From: an uncultured Thiomicrospira sp.
Lineage (GTDB): Bacteria > Pseudomonadota > Gammaproteobacteria > CAKMZV01
Assembly: GCA_965195345.1 (NCBI GenBank)
Contig: OZ239628.1
Location: 672,001-736,000 of the forward strand
Reading direction: 5' to 3'
Length of the DNA: 64,000 nt
The notes under the pieces are model-generated. The model was given only the letters and a program-made list of their open reading frames with translations, did no database searches and was not told the origin of the DNA. Positions 22,140 through 34,706 of this stretch are shown here, piece after piece. Numbering within the stretch: the stretch's first letter is position 1; the number at the start of each line of letters is the position of its first letter. Position numbers and translations under genes: made by a program.

Positions 22140-23570
22140 ATGTTTTTTATAATTAAGTTGCATCCAGAAATAATTGTTAAAAGTCGATCGGTACGTTGGC
22201 GATGGATTAAGCGGTTGAATCAAAATATTTTGAAAGTGCTAAGAGATGTTGATGAGGATGTTACAGCGCGTTATTTTTGGGATAAAATTGAACTGAATTG
22301 CAGTGCAAAAAAATACGATTCTTGTAAAAAACGTTTGCAAGATATTCCAGGGATAAATAGTATTTTAGAGGCAGAGTCATTCAATTTGCCCTTAGACGAT
22401 GGCATTGCTTTCATCTGCGAAAAAGCCGTTAAATATTATGCTGAGAAGATTAAGAATCGCTCGTTTGTGGTGCGCGTGAAGCGCGTAGGTAGTCATGATT
22501 TTTCTTCTGTTGATGCGGAGCGTGAAGTAGGGCATGCGCTTTTAGAAGCACAACCTTCTGCACGTGTCAATTTAAAAAATGCCGAAGTAACACTGCGTTT
22601 TGAAATTATTCAAGATGTATTGCATCTGATACACAGCAAGGTTCCTGGTATAGGTGGTTTTCCTCTTGGTTCACAAGATCCTGTGCTGTCATTGATTTCA
22701 GGAGGATTTGATTCTCCGGTCGCGGCGCAAGCATGCATAAATCGAGGAAGTATTGTTCATTTCTTATTTTTCAATTTTGGTGGTAATGCACATAAAGTAG
22801 GTGTTCAGCAGGTCGCTTTTTATCTGTGGCAAAGGTACGCAAGTAGTCATCAAACTTTTTTCTACACCGTAGATTTAGAAGGATTATTAGCGCAATTAGC
22901 CAAGCGAGAAGATCAATCAGCCAATGGTGTAATACTTAAAAGAGCAATGCTTAAAATTGCCTTTGCGTTAAGTTCTAAATTAAAGATAAAAGCCGTGGTG
23001 ACGGGCGAGAGCGTTGCACAAGTATCATCACAGACATTGTCTAACTTAGCAACGATTGATAAAGCATTTGCAGGATTGGTCTTGCGTCCGCTGATTGTGT
23101 CGGATAAAAGCACCATTATTGAGCAGGCTGAGAAAATTGGAACAGCCGTATTTGCTAGAAGTATGCCAGAATATTGTGGAGCAATTTCCAGTAAGCCCAG
23201 CGTTAGTGTTAGTATAAAACAAGCAACAAAACTTGAATTCCTTTTGGACGATCAATGGTTTGATGAAGCATTAGAAAGTCTTGAACGTGTACGTGTGAGT
23301 GATATCATTGAGCAGGTCAATGCACAACCGCCTATTGAAGTAATCGATTCTCCAGATGGCGTAGAAATAATTGATATTCGAGTGATTAAACAACCAATCA
23401 AGGCAGCAACACATCATATCCCTTTTTACGATTTGAACAGTCTCTTTAAAAAGCTTGATCAAGGAAAACGCTACGCTTTGTATTGTGAAAAAGGCGTTAT
23501 GAGTCAACTACACGCTGCGTATTTAAAAGAACGAGGTATGCAGAATGTTTGCGTTTATCGACCCAAATAG
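22140..23570 (+). CDS. thiI: tRNA 4-thiouridine synthase with C-terminal rhodanese domain
   Basis: THUMP region, SGGFDS PP-loop, TGESVAQVSSQT, PEYCG, and LYCEKGVMS rhodanese Cys. Confidence 0.93.
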   Translation: MFFIIKLHPEIIVKSRSVRWRWIKRLNQNILKVLRDVDEDVTARYFWDKIELNCSAKKYDSCKKRLQDIPGINSILEAESFNLPLDDGIAFICEKAVKYYAEKIKNRSFVVRVKRVGSHDFSSVDAEREVGHALLEAQPSARVNLKNAEVTLRFEIIQDVLHLIHSKVPGIGGFPLGSQDPVLSLISGGFDSPVAAQACINRGSIVHFLFFNFGGNAHKVGVQQVAFYLWQRYASSHQTFFYTVDLEGLLAQLAKREDQSANGVILKRAMLKIAFALSSKLKIKAVVTGESVAQVSSQTLSNLATIDKAFAGLVLRPLIVSDKSTIIEQAEKIGTAVFARSMPEYCGAISSKPSVSVSIKQATKLEFLLDDQWFDEALESLERVRVSDIIEQVNAQPPIEVIDSPDGVEIIDIRVIKQPIKAATHHIPFYDLNSLFKKLDQGKRYALYCEKGVMSQLHAAYLKERGMQNVCVYRPK

Positions 23571-23583
23571 CCTGTATTTTTTC

Positions 23584-23612
23584 AACGTAGTTGCGTTAAA
23601 CGCAACTACGTT
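23584..23612. terminator. bidirectional intrinsic terminator between the convergent thiI and pstS
   Basis: Perfect 13-bp stem AACGTAGTTGCGT-taa-ACGCAACTACGTT, followed by a T-run on the plus strand. Confidence 0.75.
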
Positions 23613-23622
23613 TTTAAGAAAG

Positions 23623-24594
23623 TTATTGAATCTTTTTTAGATACTTTTGAGCCACTTTGTTTGGCAGAGGAATATAACCATCTTTAACAACTATTTCTTG
23701 TCCTGTTTTGGAAAGGATCATACGGAAAAATTCCAACATTTTAGGTTCAAGTGCTTTGTTTGGGGCTTTATTGATATAGACATAGAGAAAACGTGCTAAT
23801 GGATATTTCCCTGAAATTGCGTTTTTAGCAGTTGCTTTGACAAAGGGGCGTCCTGTTTTTTTGCTTATAGGTAGTGCGTGAACGCCAGCTGTAATATAAC
23901 CAATGCCTGAATAACCTATGCTATTAACGGAGGCACTAACTGATTGTACAACCGAAGCAGAACCGGGTTGTTCATTTACATTGTTCTTAAAATCGCCTTT
24001 GCACAGTGCTTTATTTTTGAAATAACCGTAAGTTCCCGATACAGAGTTTCTTCCAAATATTTGGATACGTTGGTTGCCAAGAGCACCGGAAATACCAAGA
24101 TCGCTCCATTTTATAATTTCGCTTTTGTTGCCACATTTGAGTGTGCTGGAAAATATAGCATCGACTTGAGGAATGGTTAAGCCTTTTATAGGATTGTCTT
24201 TATTAACAAACACTGCCAATGCGTCTATGGCCACGGGAATAGCTAATGCTTTGTAACCGTGTTGTTTTTCAAACGTTGCGGACTCCCTTGATTTCATTTT
24301 ACGACTCATTGGACCAAGATTAGATGTTCCTTCTGTTAAAGCAGGGGGTGCGGTGGATGATCCAGCAGCTTGGATTTGAATGGATACGCTCGGATAAAGG
24401 CGTTTGAATTCTTCGCTCCACAAAGTCATTAAATTAGCTAAAGTGTCTGAGCCTACACTTGAAATTTTCCCTGAAACACCTTGAGTTTTTTGATATTCAG
24501 GTAGATCAGGGTCAACGCTTGGTGCTGAAAAAGACTTAGAGGATAGCATTGTTAAAGATAAAACAAAAAACAAGATAGTAAATAATTTATTCAT
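23623..24594 (-). CDS. pstS: phosphate ABC transporter substrate-binding protein
   Basis: [34 protein letters not shown]. Confidence 0.93.
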   Translation of the reverse strand: MNKLFTILFFVLSLTMLSSKSFSAPSVDPDLPEYQKTQGVSGKISSVGSDTLANLMTLWSEEFKRLYPSVSIQIQAAGSSTAPPALTEGTSNLGPMSRKMKSRESATFEKQHGYKALAIPVAIDALAVFVNKDNPIKGLTIPQVDAIFSSTLKCGNKSEIIKWSDLGISGALGNQRIQIFGRNSVSGTYGYFKNKALCKGDFKNNVNEQPGSASVVQSVSASVNSIGYSGIGYITAGVHALPISKKTGRPFVKATAKNAISGKYPLARFLYVYINKAPNKALEPKMLEFFRMILSKTGQEIVVKDGYIPLPNKVAQKYLKKIQ

Positions 24595-24728
24595 AATAGT
24601 TAATAGTTAAATGTACGATGTTCTTTTGAGCGGTTTTTTTAGGTGTTAGGGAGTTATAAAATAAAGTCTCACATGATAGTCTCCTAAGTATTGGGTAAAT
24701 AAAAATTGTTAACTCTGATATTAATCAT

Positions 24729-25385
24729 TCATGCTTTATAGAAACTTCCAGTTTCCATATAAATCATTTGCTCACAAATGTTTCGAATATGATCGCTAAT
24801 TCTTTCAAGTCCTTTAATTGCCCATAAATAAGCAATATTTTGCTCGCGGTGATCAGGATAATTTTGTATCACATCAAGAACTTCATCCAATGCTTTATCG
24901 TATCTTTGATGCAATGATAAATCAGCTTCAAGAATTTGTCGGGCACGCACAATGTCTTGCTCCCCTAATGCTTTGAGCATATTTTGAAAGACTGAGTGGA
25001 TGCGGTTTGCTATTTTTAATAAAGGGATGCGTGCTGCATAATCGGTATCGGCACTCGCTAATGTTGCCACGGCAAGTTTTTCAGCTTCGTCTCCAATGCG
25101 TTCTAAGTCGTTGCTCATTTTTAAAATTGATATGGGAATGCGCAGATCAGAAGCAACTGGCTGATAAGTGGCAATTACCGCAAAACACAGCTCATTGATT
25201 TCGACTTCCAATTGATTGATTTTTTTATCGGTGTGGATCGTTTTAGTTGCGACCTCTTCGTTGGTTTTATCAAATGATTCGATTGCAGCGGACAACTGTT
25301 TATCGACATTAGAAGCCATTTTAAGCATTACAGCTACGAGATTTTTTAATTCTTTATCAAAGTTTTTTAAGATGTGCGTATTCAT
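24729..25385 (-). CDS. phoU: phosphate signalling complex protein PhoU
   Basis: QPVASDLR, DLERIGD, LERISDH.NICE. Confidence 0.93.
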   Translation of the reverse strand: MNTHILKNFDKELKNLVAVMLKMASNVDKQLSAAIESFDKTNEEVATKTIHTDKKINQLEVEINELCFAVIATYQPVASDLRIPISILKMSNDLERIGDEAEKLAVATLASADTDYAARIPLLKIANRIHSVFQNMLKALGEQDIVRARQILEADLSLHQRYDKALDEVLDVIQNYPDHREQNIAYLWAIKGLERISDHIRNICEQMIYMETGSFYKA

Positions 25386-25388
25386 TTT

Positions 25389-26213
25389 TTATCCAAAACG
25401 ACCGGTAATATAGTCGTGCGTTTGTTGAACTTTAGGGTTGGTAAATAGATTGGAGGTGTCGCTGAACTCAATTAATTCTCCAAGATACATAAAGGCGGTG
25501 AAATTTGATATTCTTGCCGCTTGTTGCATATTATGAGTTACGATTAAAATAGTATAGTCACTGCATAATTGAAAAATTAACTCCTCTATTTTTAGTGTGG
25601 ATATTGGATCAAGGGCGGAAGTAGGTTCATCAAGCAGTAAAATTTTTGGTTTGATTGCTATTGCTCGTGCAATAACTAATCTTTGCTGCTGTCCTCCTGA
25701 TATTCCTAATGCGCTATCATGCAATCTGTTGTGTACTTCGCCCCATAGACCAGAAGCTTTTAAAGCCCACTCAACAGTATCAGCAAGGACCCTTTTGTTT
25801 TTTTCTCCTTGTAAGCGTAAGCCATACGCTACATTCTCAAAAATACTCTTGGGAAAAGGATTAGGTTTTTGAAACACCATTCCTACAGTCCGCCTAAGGT
25901 CAGCTACGTTCAATTCGGGAGCATAGATGCTGTTGTTTTCTAATAATATATCGCCTTTCACATATATTGAATCAATCAGATCATTCATGCGATTGAAGCA
26001 ACGTAGTAAGGTTGATTTCCCGCAACCACTTGGACCTATGAATGCAGTTACTTTATTCTTTGAAATGTCCATGTTTACATTTTTCAAAGCTTGGCTTTGT
26101 CCATAGAATAAGCTCCAATCACAGACTTGCAGAATGGAATCGTTTGATTCAATATTATTTTCAGTTGTATTGTTATCAGGGGTCATTTTTTGCTTATTTG
26201 GTGAACTCTTCAT
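25389..26213 (-). CDS. pstB: phosphate ABC transporter ATP-binding protein
   Basis: [43 protein letters not shown]. Confidence 0.96.
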   Translation of the reverse strand: MKSSPNKQKMTPDNNTTENNIESNDSILQVCDWSLFYGQSQALKNVNMDISKNKVTAFIGPSGCGKSTLLRCFNRMNDLIDSIYVKGDILLENNSIYAPELNVADLRRTVGMVFQKPNPFPKSIFENVAYGLRLQGEKNKRVLADTVEWALKASGLWGEVHNRLHDSALGISGGQQQRLVIARAIAIKPKILLLDEPTSALDPISTLKIEELIFQLCSDYTILIVTHNMQQAARISNFTAFMYLGELIEFSDTSNLFTNPKVQQTHDYITGRFG

Positions 26214-27835
26214 TCTAAAGATTTGTATTTTTCGCGCAACCGATTACGTATTGTTATCGCAGTTATATTCAAAGCTACGATGATAATGATAAGCAACAAA
26301 GCGGTAGCATAGACCAGTGGCCTTGCCGCTTCTACATTAGGACTTTGAAATCCCACATCAAAAATATGAAAGCCCAAATGCATGAATTGCCTGTCCAAAT
26401 GGACATAAGGGGCAACATTATCCACTGCCAAATCAGGTGCGAGTTTAACAACACCTACCAGCATTAACGGTGCGACCTCTCCTGCTGCACGTGCGATTGC
26501 TAATATTAAACCAGTCATGATTGCAGGGCTGGTCATCGGTAAAATTGTTCTCATTAACGTTTCAAATTTGGTAGCGCCTAGTGCCAAGCTGCCTTCACGA
26601 ATTGACGAAGGGATACGCGAAAGCCCTTCTTCGGTTGCGACGATGACAACAGGAAGCGTTAACAATGATAAAGTAAGTGATGCCCATAGTATCCCTGGAG
26701 AGCCGAATGTAGGGGAAGGCAGTAAGTGAGGATAGACCAACGAATCAATACTGCCACCAATAAAATAGACAAAGAAGCCCAAACCAAAAACGCCATAAAC
26801 GATCGAAGGGACTCCAGCAAGATTGTTGACAGAAATTCTGATAATTCGAACAATGAGACCCTGCTTGGCGTACTCACGTAAGTAAATGGCAGCCATGACT
26901 CCAAATGGCGTTACGAAAATAGTCATTAAAAAAACCATAATGACTGTGCCAAAAATAGCAGGAAAAACGCCTCCTTCCACGTTGGCTTCTCGAGGGGGTT
27001 CGCTAACAAACTCCCAAATTTTGCTGAAGTAAAATAAGCCTTTATCAAGCACACTCATATTATTTGGGAAATAAATACGCACTACTTGCTCAAATGGCAG
27101 TGATGCGCTTATTCCATCTGCTGTTTCTACGCTTAATGTGCCGATATCTTTCAGTTTTTTTCTCAGTATTTGTAGGTTGGAATTTAGCTGAGTATATTCA
27201 GCCTGTAAACGTTCTTTTTCTGCTAAATAAAGGACGGATTCTTGTTTGTTCCATGAATTTTTGAAACGTAATTTTTTGGCGTTTTCTTCTAAATTCTGTA
27301 AAGATTTATTAACTTGATTAATCGCGTTATTTTCAATGTGATGTATTTTCTTTTGTAAAGCCATACTGGCATTTAAAGCATAGTCAAGATTGATTATGTC
27401 ATTGCCTGAAAAAGTCTTTTCTTTCCATGTAAACTGTTGAATGAAAACATAAGCATTACCCCATTCAAGTCGCTCAATTACTGCAATGTTTTTTGGCTTT
27501 TCTATCGTGCCGATGGTTTCCTCATGAAGCCATTTGAAATCCAATCCGTAGTGTTCGCGATTTCCTATTTTGAATAATATTTGAATAACGTCTTTGTTGT
27601 TCTTAAGCGATTTTTCAGTTTCAATTTTTTCTCCAGCCAATGTTTTACTAATATCTCCTTTAGTATAGTGTACTTGTACTACGTCTTTAGGCCAAAAGTA
27701 AGCCAATCCACGGACTGTGATTAATAACAGCAATCCAATCACCAAAATTAATGAAATAGCAATAGCGGCAGCATTTAACCACACCCAGTGTTCTCCATCA
27801 GCACGCCATTTGCGAAATGAGATGCGATTATTCAT
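26210..27835 (-). CDS. pstA: phosphate ABC transporter permease PstA (long form with extracytoplasmic coiled-coil insert)
   Basis: [37 protein letters not shown]. Confidence 0.93.
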   Translation of the reverse strand: MNNRISFRKWRADGEHWVWLNAAAIAISLILVIGLLLLITVRGLAYFWPKDVVQVHYTKGDISKTLAGEKIETEKSLKNNKDVIQILFKIGNREHYGLDFKWLHEETIGTIEKPKNIAVIERLEWGNAYVFIQQFTWKEKTFSGNDIINLDYALNASMALQKKIHHIENNAINQVNKSLQNLEENAKKLRFKNSWNKQESVLYLAEKERLQAEYTQLNSNLQILRKKLKDIGTLSVETADGISASLPFEQVVRIYFPNNMSVLDKGLFYFSKIWEFVSEPPREANVEGGVFPAIFGTVIMVFLMTIFVTPFGVMAAIYLREYAKQGLIVRIIRISVNNLAGVPSIVYGVFGLGFFVYFIGGSIDSLVYPHLLPSPTFGSPGILWASLTLSLLTLPVVIVATEEGLSRIPSSIREGSLALGATKFETLMRTILPMTSPAIMTGLILAIARAAGEVAPLMLVGVVKLAPDLAVDNVAPYVHLDRQFMHLGFHIFDVGFQSPNVEAARPLVYATALLLIIIIVALNITAITIRNRLREKYKSLE

Positions 27836-30045
27836 AGCGACCCGTACTTTTTACGCAATCTTTGCCGAATAATTTCAGCACCAGTATTGAATACGAAAGT
27901 GAAGGCAAATAAGACAATGGCAGCTAAAAATAATATGCGATAGTGCGAGCTACCATGCTCAGACTCAGGCATTTCAACAGCCAAATTGGCCGCGAGTGTA
28001 CGCATTCCTTCAAAGATATTGAAGTCCATGATAGGCGTGTTACCAGTAGCCATAAGCACAATCATTGTCTCGCCCACTGCACGACCGAAACCAATCATTA
28101 CTCCAGAAAAAATTCCTGGACTGGCTGTTGGTATGACAACACCAGTTAAAGTTTGCCAAGGAGATGCTCCTAAAGCCAATGATCCGTTGACGAGGTGTTT
28201 TGGTACTGAAAAAATAGCATCTTCAGCGATTGAAAAAATGGTTGGTATGACTGCAAAGCCCATCGCAATACCAACAATTAAGGCATTGCGTTGGTCGTAA
28301 GTAATGCCGAGGTCTTGGGATATATAGAAACGCAAGTCGCCATTAAAAAAAATGTTTTCTATTGGAGTGGCTATTTGAAAAGCTATCCAAGTAGTTACGA
28401 TGATTACAGGAATAACAAGGATTACTCTTCTTTCAACGCCAAAGCGATTTTGCCAGTTATGTGGTGCTTTACTCCAAATCCAACCAAAAATTAAAACGGC
28501 AATAGGAACGAGGTAAAGCGTTGAGAAAATCTCGCCAAGATTGTTTTCAATAAATGGAGATAACCATAAACCAGCTAAGAACCCAAGGATAACGGTTGGT
28601 AGGGCCTCCATGACTTCTATGGTTGGCTTAACGGCTTGACGCATACCTGAAGACATGAAAAATGCAGTGTAAATTGCACCCATTAATGCCAATGGCATTG
28701 CAATGAGCATTGCATAAAACGCTGCCTTTAGCGTGCCAAATGTGAGCGGAGTAAGGCTAAATTTTGGTTCAAAATCTTGATTTGCTGCAGAGGATTGCCA
28801 TACATACTCAGGTTTTTTATAACCTTCATAATGAACTTTTTGCCACAAAGATTTCCAATTGACTTCAGGGTATTCATTGTCTAAGTTGAATACTAAAGTG
28901 GTTTTTGCATCTGAGACCAATAAAGCATCGCCACGAGGAGAAAATTTCAACTGAGTAAATTGAGGGTCAACCGATTGTTGAAGAATGGGGGTATTCGTCG
29001 GGGCATAATAGATGCCAATGCGTCCAACCGAATCTAGGGCCGCAAAAACTTTTCGTTGTTGCTCACTTGCTAAAGCACGAATGGGTTCATCGCCTAATTT
29101 TGTTTTATGAATTTGTTGCCATTGATCATTGACAAGAAACATGCGAGTAATATAACCATCAACATCGCCAATTAATATGGATACCTCACCAAGCAACCAT
29201 TCAGAAACAGTAATCTCTGTGCCATGATTAGTAATTATAGGTTTGCTCTCATCGTTGAATAGAGGATAGGCTGCAATACGGCCGTCGCGCGCTATTGCCA
29301 ATAACCAGCGTCCATCATTGCTAATATGAAGATTATAATCATCAATAGCTTTATTTGAGAAAGCCTCACCGTCTGTCTGCAGCGGTTCGATTGATTCTTC
29401 CTCAAGCACTGTGCCTTCTCCACCTAGTGATTCTGTTTTATTAAAACGTGCTAAGAATAATCCACTTTCGTTTTTAAATGCGATTAAAAACTCGCCCTCG
29501 GCATCACGAGCTGCTATTTTTTCAATAGGAGAAGCACTGACTTCAAGCAATTCTAAATCTTCTGAAAATGCAGGAGTTACATTGGGGGTGACGGTACGTT
29601 TGTTGTCAGTGTAGTTTAATTTAAACTCATGTTGAATGAGTGCAACTTCACCACTTTCTAAACCCCAAGCGTAGGATGGTGGCGTGTTTGAAAAGCGTGT
29701 AAATTGCGTTATATCAAGTAAGGAGAAGTTTTGATTTTTTCTTTTATTATTGTCAAAACTTGCGTGCACAACTTGCCCATTTTTTGAAACAAAAGAGCGT
29801 GTTTCAAGATATTCGTCGGCTACAAAGTAAAGATAATTTTCAGGGGTGCTTGATATTTTCTTAGAAGTAACGCTGGCTGATTGAAAAAAGGGGGCGACTA
29901 CAGAAAGAAAATAACCCACGATTAAAACAATAGAGAGAATGACGCATATACCACCTAAGGTGATAACGTAGCGAGCCGCGTGATCCTTTAAGGTTCTAAT
30001 TTTAATGGCCAGATTTTGCGTTCGGGTTTTTGCCGAATTGAGCAT
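27832..30045 (-). CDS. pstC: phosphate ABC transporter permease PstC (long form with extracytoplasmic beta-rich domain)
   Basis: ALPTVILGF, GSLALGA, GRAVGETMIV, RTLAANLAVEMPE. Confidence 0.92.
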   Translation of the reverse strand: MLNSAKTRTQNLAIKIRTLKDHAARYVITLGGICVILSIVLIVGYFLSVVAPFFQSASVTSKKISSTPENYLYFVADEYLETRSFVSKNGQVVHASFDNNKRKNQNFSLLDITQFTRFSNTPPSYAWGLESGEVALIQHEFKLNYTDNKRTVTPNVTPAFSEDLELLEVSASPIEKIAARDAEGEFLIAFKNESGLFLARFNKTESLGGEGTVLEEESIEPLQTDGEAFSNKAIDDYNLHISNDGRWLLAIARDGRIAAYPLFNDESKPIITNHGTEITVSEWLLGEVSILIGDVDGYITRMFLVNDQWQQIHKTKLGDEPIRALASEQQRKVFAALDSVGRIGIYYAPTNTPILQQSVDPQFTQLKFSPRGDALLVSDAKTTLVFNLDNEYPEVNWKSLWQKVHYEGYKKPEYVWQSSAANQDFEPKFSLTPLTFGTLKAAFYAMLIAMPLALMGAIYTAFFMSSGMRQAVKPTIEVMEALPTVILGFLAGLWLSPFIENNLGEIFSTLYLVPIAVLIFGWIWSKAPHNWQNRFGVERRVILVIPVIIVTTWIAFQIATPIENIFFNGDLRFYISQDLGITYDQRNALIVGIAMGFAVIPTIFSIAEDAIFSVPKHLVNGSLALGASPWQTLTGVVIPTASPGIFSGVMIGFGRAVGETMIVLMATGNTPIMDFNIFEGMRTLAANLAVEMPESEHGSSHYRILFLAAIVLFAFTFVFNTGAEIIRQRLRKKYGSL

Positions 30046-30132
30046 GTGGTTCCTAGAGTATTTCGCTACCTTTTAGACCATCTAACTTTAAAAGCGGGTG
30101 CATTATATACTATGCTATTTTTTAATCTTTAA

Positions 30133-30588
30133 AATAAGTCATTATTTTTTATTGGTAATAAGGTTATTCTATCAAAGAGTCAAAAAGAAGCAGAGAAGCT
30201 GATTAAAGACATTAGGACTCAACCTCTCGTCGATATGCAAATGGCTCTGTCTCAAGTAAAAGCGGTTGTGACATCAATAGTTGTTCTTCGGTTGAATGCA
30301 TTGGCTCTTGCGGCAGTACGTTGATCAAAAGTCCGCATGATATATGTTGACTCTAAGGTTGCCAAATACAACAAGGAAGCGACCAAGATACAGGACTGGG
30401 TTTCGGACACATGGTCCGCTATCGAAACAATCAATCAAACTTTAAAATCCACATCTAAACTTAGCCAGCTTGAAAAGGCGAATTATCCAAAATTGAAACC
30501 ACAATCATTACTAATTAATCTAATGCTGCTGTTAATTCGGGCACTGCTTCAAACAAATCAGCGCATAAGCCATAATCCGCTATATTGA
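30133..30588 (+). pseudogene. possible degraded gene of unknown family
   Basis: One reading frame runs from 30133 to 30588 with a single TGA at 30322-30324 (QKEAEKLIKDIRTQPLVDMQ...AAVR*SKVRMIYVDSKVAKYNKEATKIQDWVSDTW...). Confidence 0.3.
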
Positions 30589-31447
30589 AAATAGGAGCCT
30601 CCTCATCCAAATTGATAGCAACAACAATTTTGCTGTCCTTCATTCCAGCCAAATGCTGTATTGCTCCAGAAATCCCTATGGCAAAATATATATCGGGCGC
30701 CACAACTTTTCCAGTTTGACCCACTTGAAAATTGTTTGATATATAGCCTGCATCAACGGCAGCACGTGAAGCGCCTACAGCGGCTTGTAATTTGTCGGCA
30801 AGTTTAAATAAAATGTCAAAGTTTTCTGCACTTCCAACACCTCGCCCACCAGACACAACAACTCTTGCGCTGGTTAATTCAGGACGTTCGGATACCTTCA
30901 CATCAAGGCTAATAAATGAACTTAGATTAGACGCTTTGTCAAACGTTACATCTTCAACAGCGCAAGTATTGCCACCATCACTGGCAGGTTCAAATGAAGT
31001 GGGACGTACGGTGATGCATTTCAAAGCATCGTTACTGCGCACTTTGAGTAATGCATTACCTGCATAAATTGGGCGAATAAAAGTATCTTGTGCTACAACT
31101 TCGATGATATCGGAAATTTGCTGTGTATCAAGCAACGCTGACGCTCGGGGCATAAAATCTTTGCCAAAAGCGGTTGCAGGTACAATCATATGAGCGTATT
31201 TATTTGAAAGTTGTACAAGCAGATTAGCATAATTTTCAGCGAGAGGCTGAGAAAACACATCGTCTTCAACCTTTAAAACTTTGCGAATGCCGTCAACTTT
31301 AGATGCATCTTCCACCGCTTCAGCGCACGCGTTACCAGCAATTAGAAGATCAATATCCGAGCCTATCTGTTTTGCAGCAGTAATAGTTGAACGCGTTGCC
31401 TGTGAAATGCTTTTGTGATTGTGTTCTGCAATTACAAGGGTAGTCAT
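30515..31447 (-). CDS. etfA: electron transfer flavoprotein alpha subunit
   Basis: RPIYAGN, VVSGGRG, GASRAAVD, QVGQTGK, GISGAIQHLAG. Confidence 0.96.
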   Translation of the reverse strand: MTTLVIAEHNHKSISQATRSTITAAKQIGSDIDLLIAGNACAEAVEDASKVDGIRKVLKVEDDVFSQPLAENYANLLVQLSNKYAHMIVPATAFGKDFMPRASALLDTQQISDIIEVVAQDTFIRPIYAGNALLKVRSNDALKCITVRPTSFEPASDGGNTCAVEDVTFDKASNLSSFISLDVKVSERPELTSARVVVSGGRGVGSAENFDILFKLADKLQAAVGASRAAVDAGYISNNFQVGQTGKVVAPDIYFAIGISGAIQHLAGMKDSKIVVAINLDEEAPIFNIADYGLCADLFEAVPELTAALD

Positions 31448-32197
31448 TTAAATTACCTTCTCTGTGTTTTTAAGTTTATCTAATAATTCTGCTACACTGG
31501 AAACCATGACACCTTTACTTCGTGCTGAAGGTTCAGAGACATGCAAAGTTTCAAGGCGAGGAGACGTATCCAATCCCAAGGAATCCAATTCGATGATTTC
31601 AAGCGGTTTCTTCTTTGCTTTCATTATGTTGGGAAGAGAAGGATAGCGTGGTTCGTTCAATCGTAGATCGCAAGTTATAACGGCGGGGCTTTGTAATTGA
31701 ATGGTCATCAAGCCGTCATCGGTCTCACGAGTAACAATAAGGTTATCTCCATCGATTTTCAATTCGGATGCAAAAGTTCCTTGAGGACGATTAAGTAAAG
31801 CCGCAAGCATTTGACCCGTTTGATTACTATCATCATCAATTGCCTGTTTACCAAGCAAAACCAAATCAAACCCTTTGTCTTCAGTAATTTTCTTCAAAAC
31901 TTTTGCAACGGCTAAAGGTTCTAAAACAGAATCTGTGTTGACATGTATAGCATTATCCAGTCCCATGGCAAGCCCTGTGCGTAAGGTTTCTTGCGATTTA
32001 GCTGCACCAATTGATATGCCAGTTATTTCAACCGCATTTCCAGCTTCTTTCAATCGAATCGCCTCTTCTACGGCGTTTTCATCAGGGGGGTTCATAGACA
32101 TCTTGACATTGTCCATCTCTACGCCACTGCCATCAGACTTGACCCGCACATGCACGTTGTAGTCAACGACTCTTTTTATTGCAACCAATACTTTCAT
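31448..32197 (-). CDS. etfB: electron transfer flavoprotein beta subunit
   Basis: [37 protein letters not shown]. Confidence 0.96.
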   Translation of the reverse strand: MKVLVAIKRVVDYNVHVRVKSDGSGVEMDNVKMSMNPPDENAVEEAIRLKEAGNAVEITGISIGAAKSQETLRTGLAMGLDNAIHVNTDSVLEPLAVAKVLKKITEDKGFDLVLLGKQAIDDDSNQTGQMLAALLNRPQGTFASELKIDGDNLIVTRETDDGLMTIQLQSPAVITCDLRLNEPRYPSLPNIMKAKKKPLEIIELDSLGLDTSPRLETLHVSEPSARSKGVMVSSVAELLDKLKNTEKVI

Positions 32198-32207
32198 CAG
32201 TACTCCT

Positions 32208-34643
32208 CTAAGCTTTCAGTTTTTCATTTTTTGGATCGTAAGGACTTTCTTCAACAATCTCTGCATTATATAATTTTCCAAGGATATCAATTTGGAAACG
32301 ATTGCCGACAGCAGCATGATCGCAATCAACCATTGCTAATGCCAGAGACATATTGAGACGAAATCCATAATTGCCACTTGTAGCGCGTCCTACAACTTTT
32401 CCATTTTTGTAAAGAGGATTGTTGCCCAACGCATCTGCATCATCAACATTTTCTACTTTAAGCGTGACAAAGGTGTTTTTACAACCTTTTTCTTGCCAAG
32501 CCAGTAATCGTTCTCGTCCAAAAAAGTCGCCTTTATCGGTATTGACAAAACGGTCAATTCCTGATTCAAAAGCGGCGTACTCAATGGATAATTCTGTGCC
32601 GACTAACCTATAAGATTTTTCAACACGCATGCTATCCATGGCGCGAATTCCAAAAGGCTTAATGCCAAGGTCTTCTCCATGTTTAAATAAAGTGTCAAAA
32701 ATGTGATTTTGATACTCTATAGGGTGATGAATTTCCCAACCAAGCTCTCCTACAAAATTTACTCTTGCTGTCCAAGTAGGTGCCCACCCAATGTTGACAT
32801 GCTGAGTTGCTAACCATGGGAAACTGGCATTGTCAAAATTATTTCTTGATACCCGTTGCATTAATTCCCGTGATTTGGGTCCTGCAACGACCAGCACACC
32901 AATAGAATTGGTTAAATTTTCAAAAATAACTGAATTGTCACGCGGCATATGTTTATGAATCCAATCGTGGTCTAAGCGTTGATACGCACCAGCGGAAACG
33001 AGATAAAAACTGTTAGAAGATTCTCGAGTGATGGTGAATTCAGAATGAACGCCACCACCTAAGCTTAAAGCATGACAAAGTTTCACACTGCCTATTTTTT
33101 TAGGCAAAGTATTGGCCACTAAATAATCAAGGAATTTTTCTGCTCCTGGTCCTCTGATACGGCATTTTGCAAAAGCAGACATATCGAGCACTCCGACATT
33201 ATTCTGCACATTGACGCATTCGTTGCCTACATGTTCAAACCATTTTGAGCGACGAAACGACCAATCGTCTTGCTGTTCGACTCCTTCGGGAGCAAACCAA
33301 TTTGCTCGTTCCCAACCAAATTTTTGTCCGAATACAGCACCCCGTGCTTTTAAACGATCATAACAAGGTGCTTGACGTAGTGGGCGAGCATCCCCACGCT
33401 CCTCGTCGGGATAGTGGATAACAAATACATTGCGATAGGCTTCTTCGTTTTTAGTGATTAAAAATGATTCGCTCGTATAACTACCAAAACGACGAGGATC
33501 AACACCAAGCATGTCGATCGTAGGCTCACCATCAACAATCCACTCCGCTAATTGCCAACCAGCGCCTCCAGCAGCAGTGATACCGAAACTATGCCCTTCA
33601 TTGAGCCACAAGTTGTTACGACCCCAAGCAGGGCCTATGATTGGACTACCATCAGGTGTGTAGCAGATAGCACCATTGTATACCTTGCTTACGCCTACTT
33701 CACCAAAAATGGGCACTCGATTAATTGCTGACTCAATATGTGGTTCAAGCCGTTCGAGATCTTCTTGAAAAAGTTCGTATTTAGCATGTGCATCGGGTCC
33801 ATCTATATAGCAAGCTGGTGCCCCATTTTCATAAGGACCAAGAATAAGTCCGCCGTTTTCTTCGCGCATATACCATGAACCGTCTGATTCACGTAAAACA
33901 CCCATTTCGGGTAATCCATCTTTGTGGCGTTGTTGAATAGCAGGATGTGGTTCGCTAACGATGAATTGATGCTCTACTGGTATGACGGGAATATTTAAAT
34001 CAAGCATTTTTCCTGTTTGACGGACAAAATTTCCTGTCGCAGTAATCAGATGTTCGCAATGAATTTCACCTTTATCAGTGGTGACAATCCAAGAGTCATC
34101 ATCTTTTTGGGTTAGGGCAGTGACTGTTGTTTCGCGATAGATTTCAGCGCCCATTTTACGAGCGCCTGTCGCTAGGGCTTGTGTTAAATCGGCAGGCTGA
34201 ATGTATCCATCACCGGGGTGTTGAATAGCTCCAACTAACCCTTCCGTATTACACAATGGCCAAGCTTCTTTAACTTCGTCTGGTGTTAAAAAATTAACAT
34301 CAACTCCAATCGTCTGCGCTACGCCTGCATACTGTCGGTATTCGTCCATGCGCGCTTGATTGGTCGCTAAACGAATATTACTAACCGTACGTAATCCACA
34401 ATCCATACCTGTTTCTTCTTGTAGACGGCTATACAAATCAACAGAATATTTATGAATTTGACCTACGGAATAACTCATGTTAAATAGTGGTAACAAACCT
34501 GCCGCATGCCAAGTTGATCCTGAGGTCAGCTCATTGCGCTCAATTAATGCCACATCGGTCCAGCCTTTCTTTGCTAAATGGTAGAGAGTGGAAACGCCAA
34601 CAACGCCACCTCCTATAACAACTGCTTTAGTGCTTGATTTCAT
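32208..34643 (-). CDS. GcvT-family FAD-dependent oxidoreductase (dimethylglycine/sarcosine dehydrogenase-like)
   Basis: [19 protein letters not shown] (flavinylated His motif), GWERANWF, and the folate-binding GcvT C-terminal domain ([14 protein letters not shown]). Co-oriented with etfBA. Confidence 0.85.
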   Translation of the reverse strand: MKSSTKAVVIGGGVVGVSTLYHLAKKGWTDVALIERNELTSGSTWHAAGLLPLFNMSYSVGQIHKYSVDLYSRLQEETGMDCGLRTVSNIRLATNQARMDEYRQYAGVAQTIGVDVNFLTPDEVKEAWPLCNTEGLVGAIQHPGDGYIQPADLTQALATGARKMGAEIYRETTVTALTQKDDDSWIVTTDKGEIHCEHLITATGNFVRQTGKMLDLNIPVIPVEHQFIVSEPHPAIQQRHKDGLPEMGVLRESDGSWYMREENGGLILGPYENGAPACYIDGPDAHAKYELFQEDLERLEPHIESAINRVPIFGEVGVSKVYNGAICYTPDGSPIIGPAWGRNNLWLNEGHSFGITAAGGAGWQLAEWIVDGEPTIDMLGVDPRRFGSYTSESFLITKNEEAYRNVFVIHYPDEERGDARPLRQAPCYDRLKARGAVFGQKFGWERANWFAPEGVEQQDDWSFRRSKWFEHVGNECVNVQNNVGVLDMSAFAKCRIRGPGAEKFLDYLVANTLPKKIGSVKLCHALSLGGGVHSEFTITRESSNSFYLVSAGAYQRLDHDWIHKHMPRDNSVIFENLTNSIGVLVVAGPKSRELMQRVSRNNFDNASFPWLATQHVNIGWAPTWTARVNFVGELGWEIHHPIEYQNHIFDTLFKHGEDLGIKPFGIRAMDSMRVEKSYRLVGTELSIEYAAFESGIDRFVNTDKGDFFGRERLLAWQEKGCKNTFVTLKVENVDDADALGNNPLYKNGKVVGRATSGNYGFRLNMSLALAMVDCDHAAVGNRFQIDILGKLYNAEIVEESPYDPKNEKLKA

Positions 34644-34706
34644 TTCTCAACTCCTGATATTTTTTCAATTCTTAACGTACGCCCTTAGAGCGATGCTTAA
34701 AAAACC

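Noticed and set aside
30322-30324. Selenocysteine or alternative-code read-through of the in-frame TGA
   Set aside because: There is no redox motif or evident SECIS hairpin, and TGA ends many real genes in this window.
30180-30500. Possible 6S RNA or other ncRNA
   Set aside because: I could not see a long rod-like self-complementary structure, and the usual zapA/ygfA context is absent.
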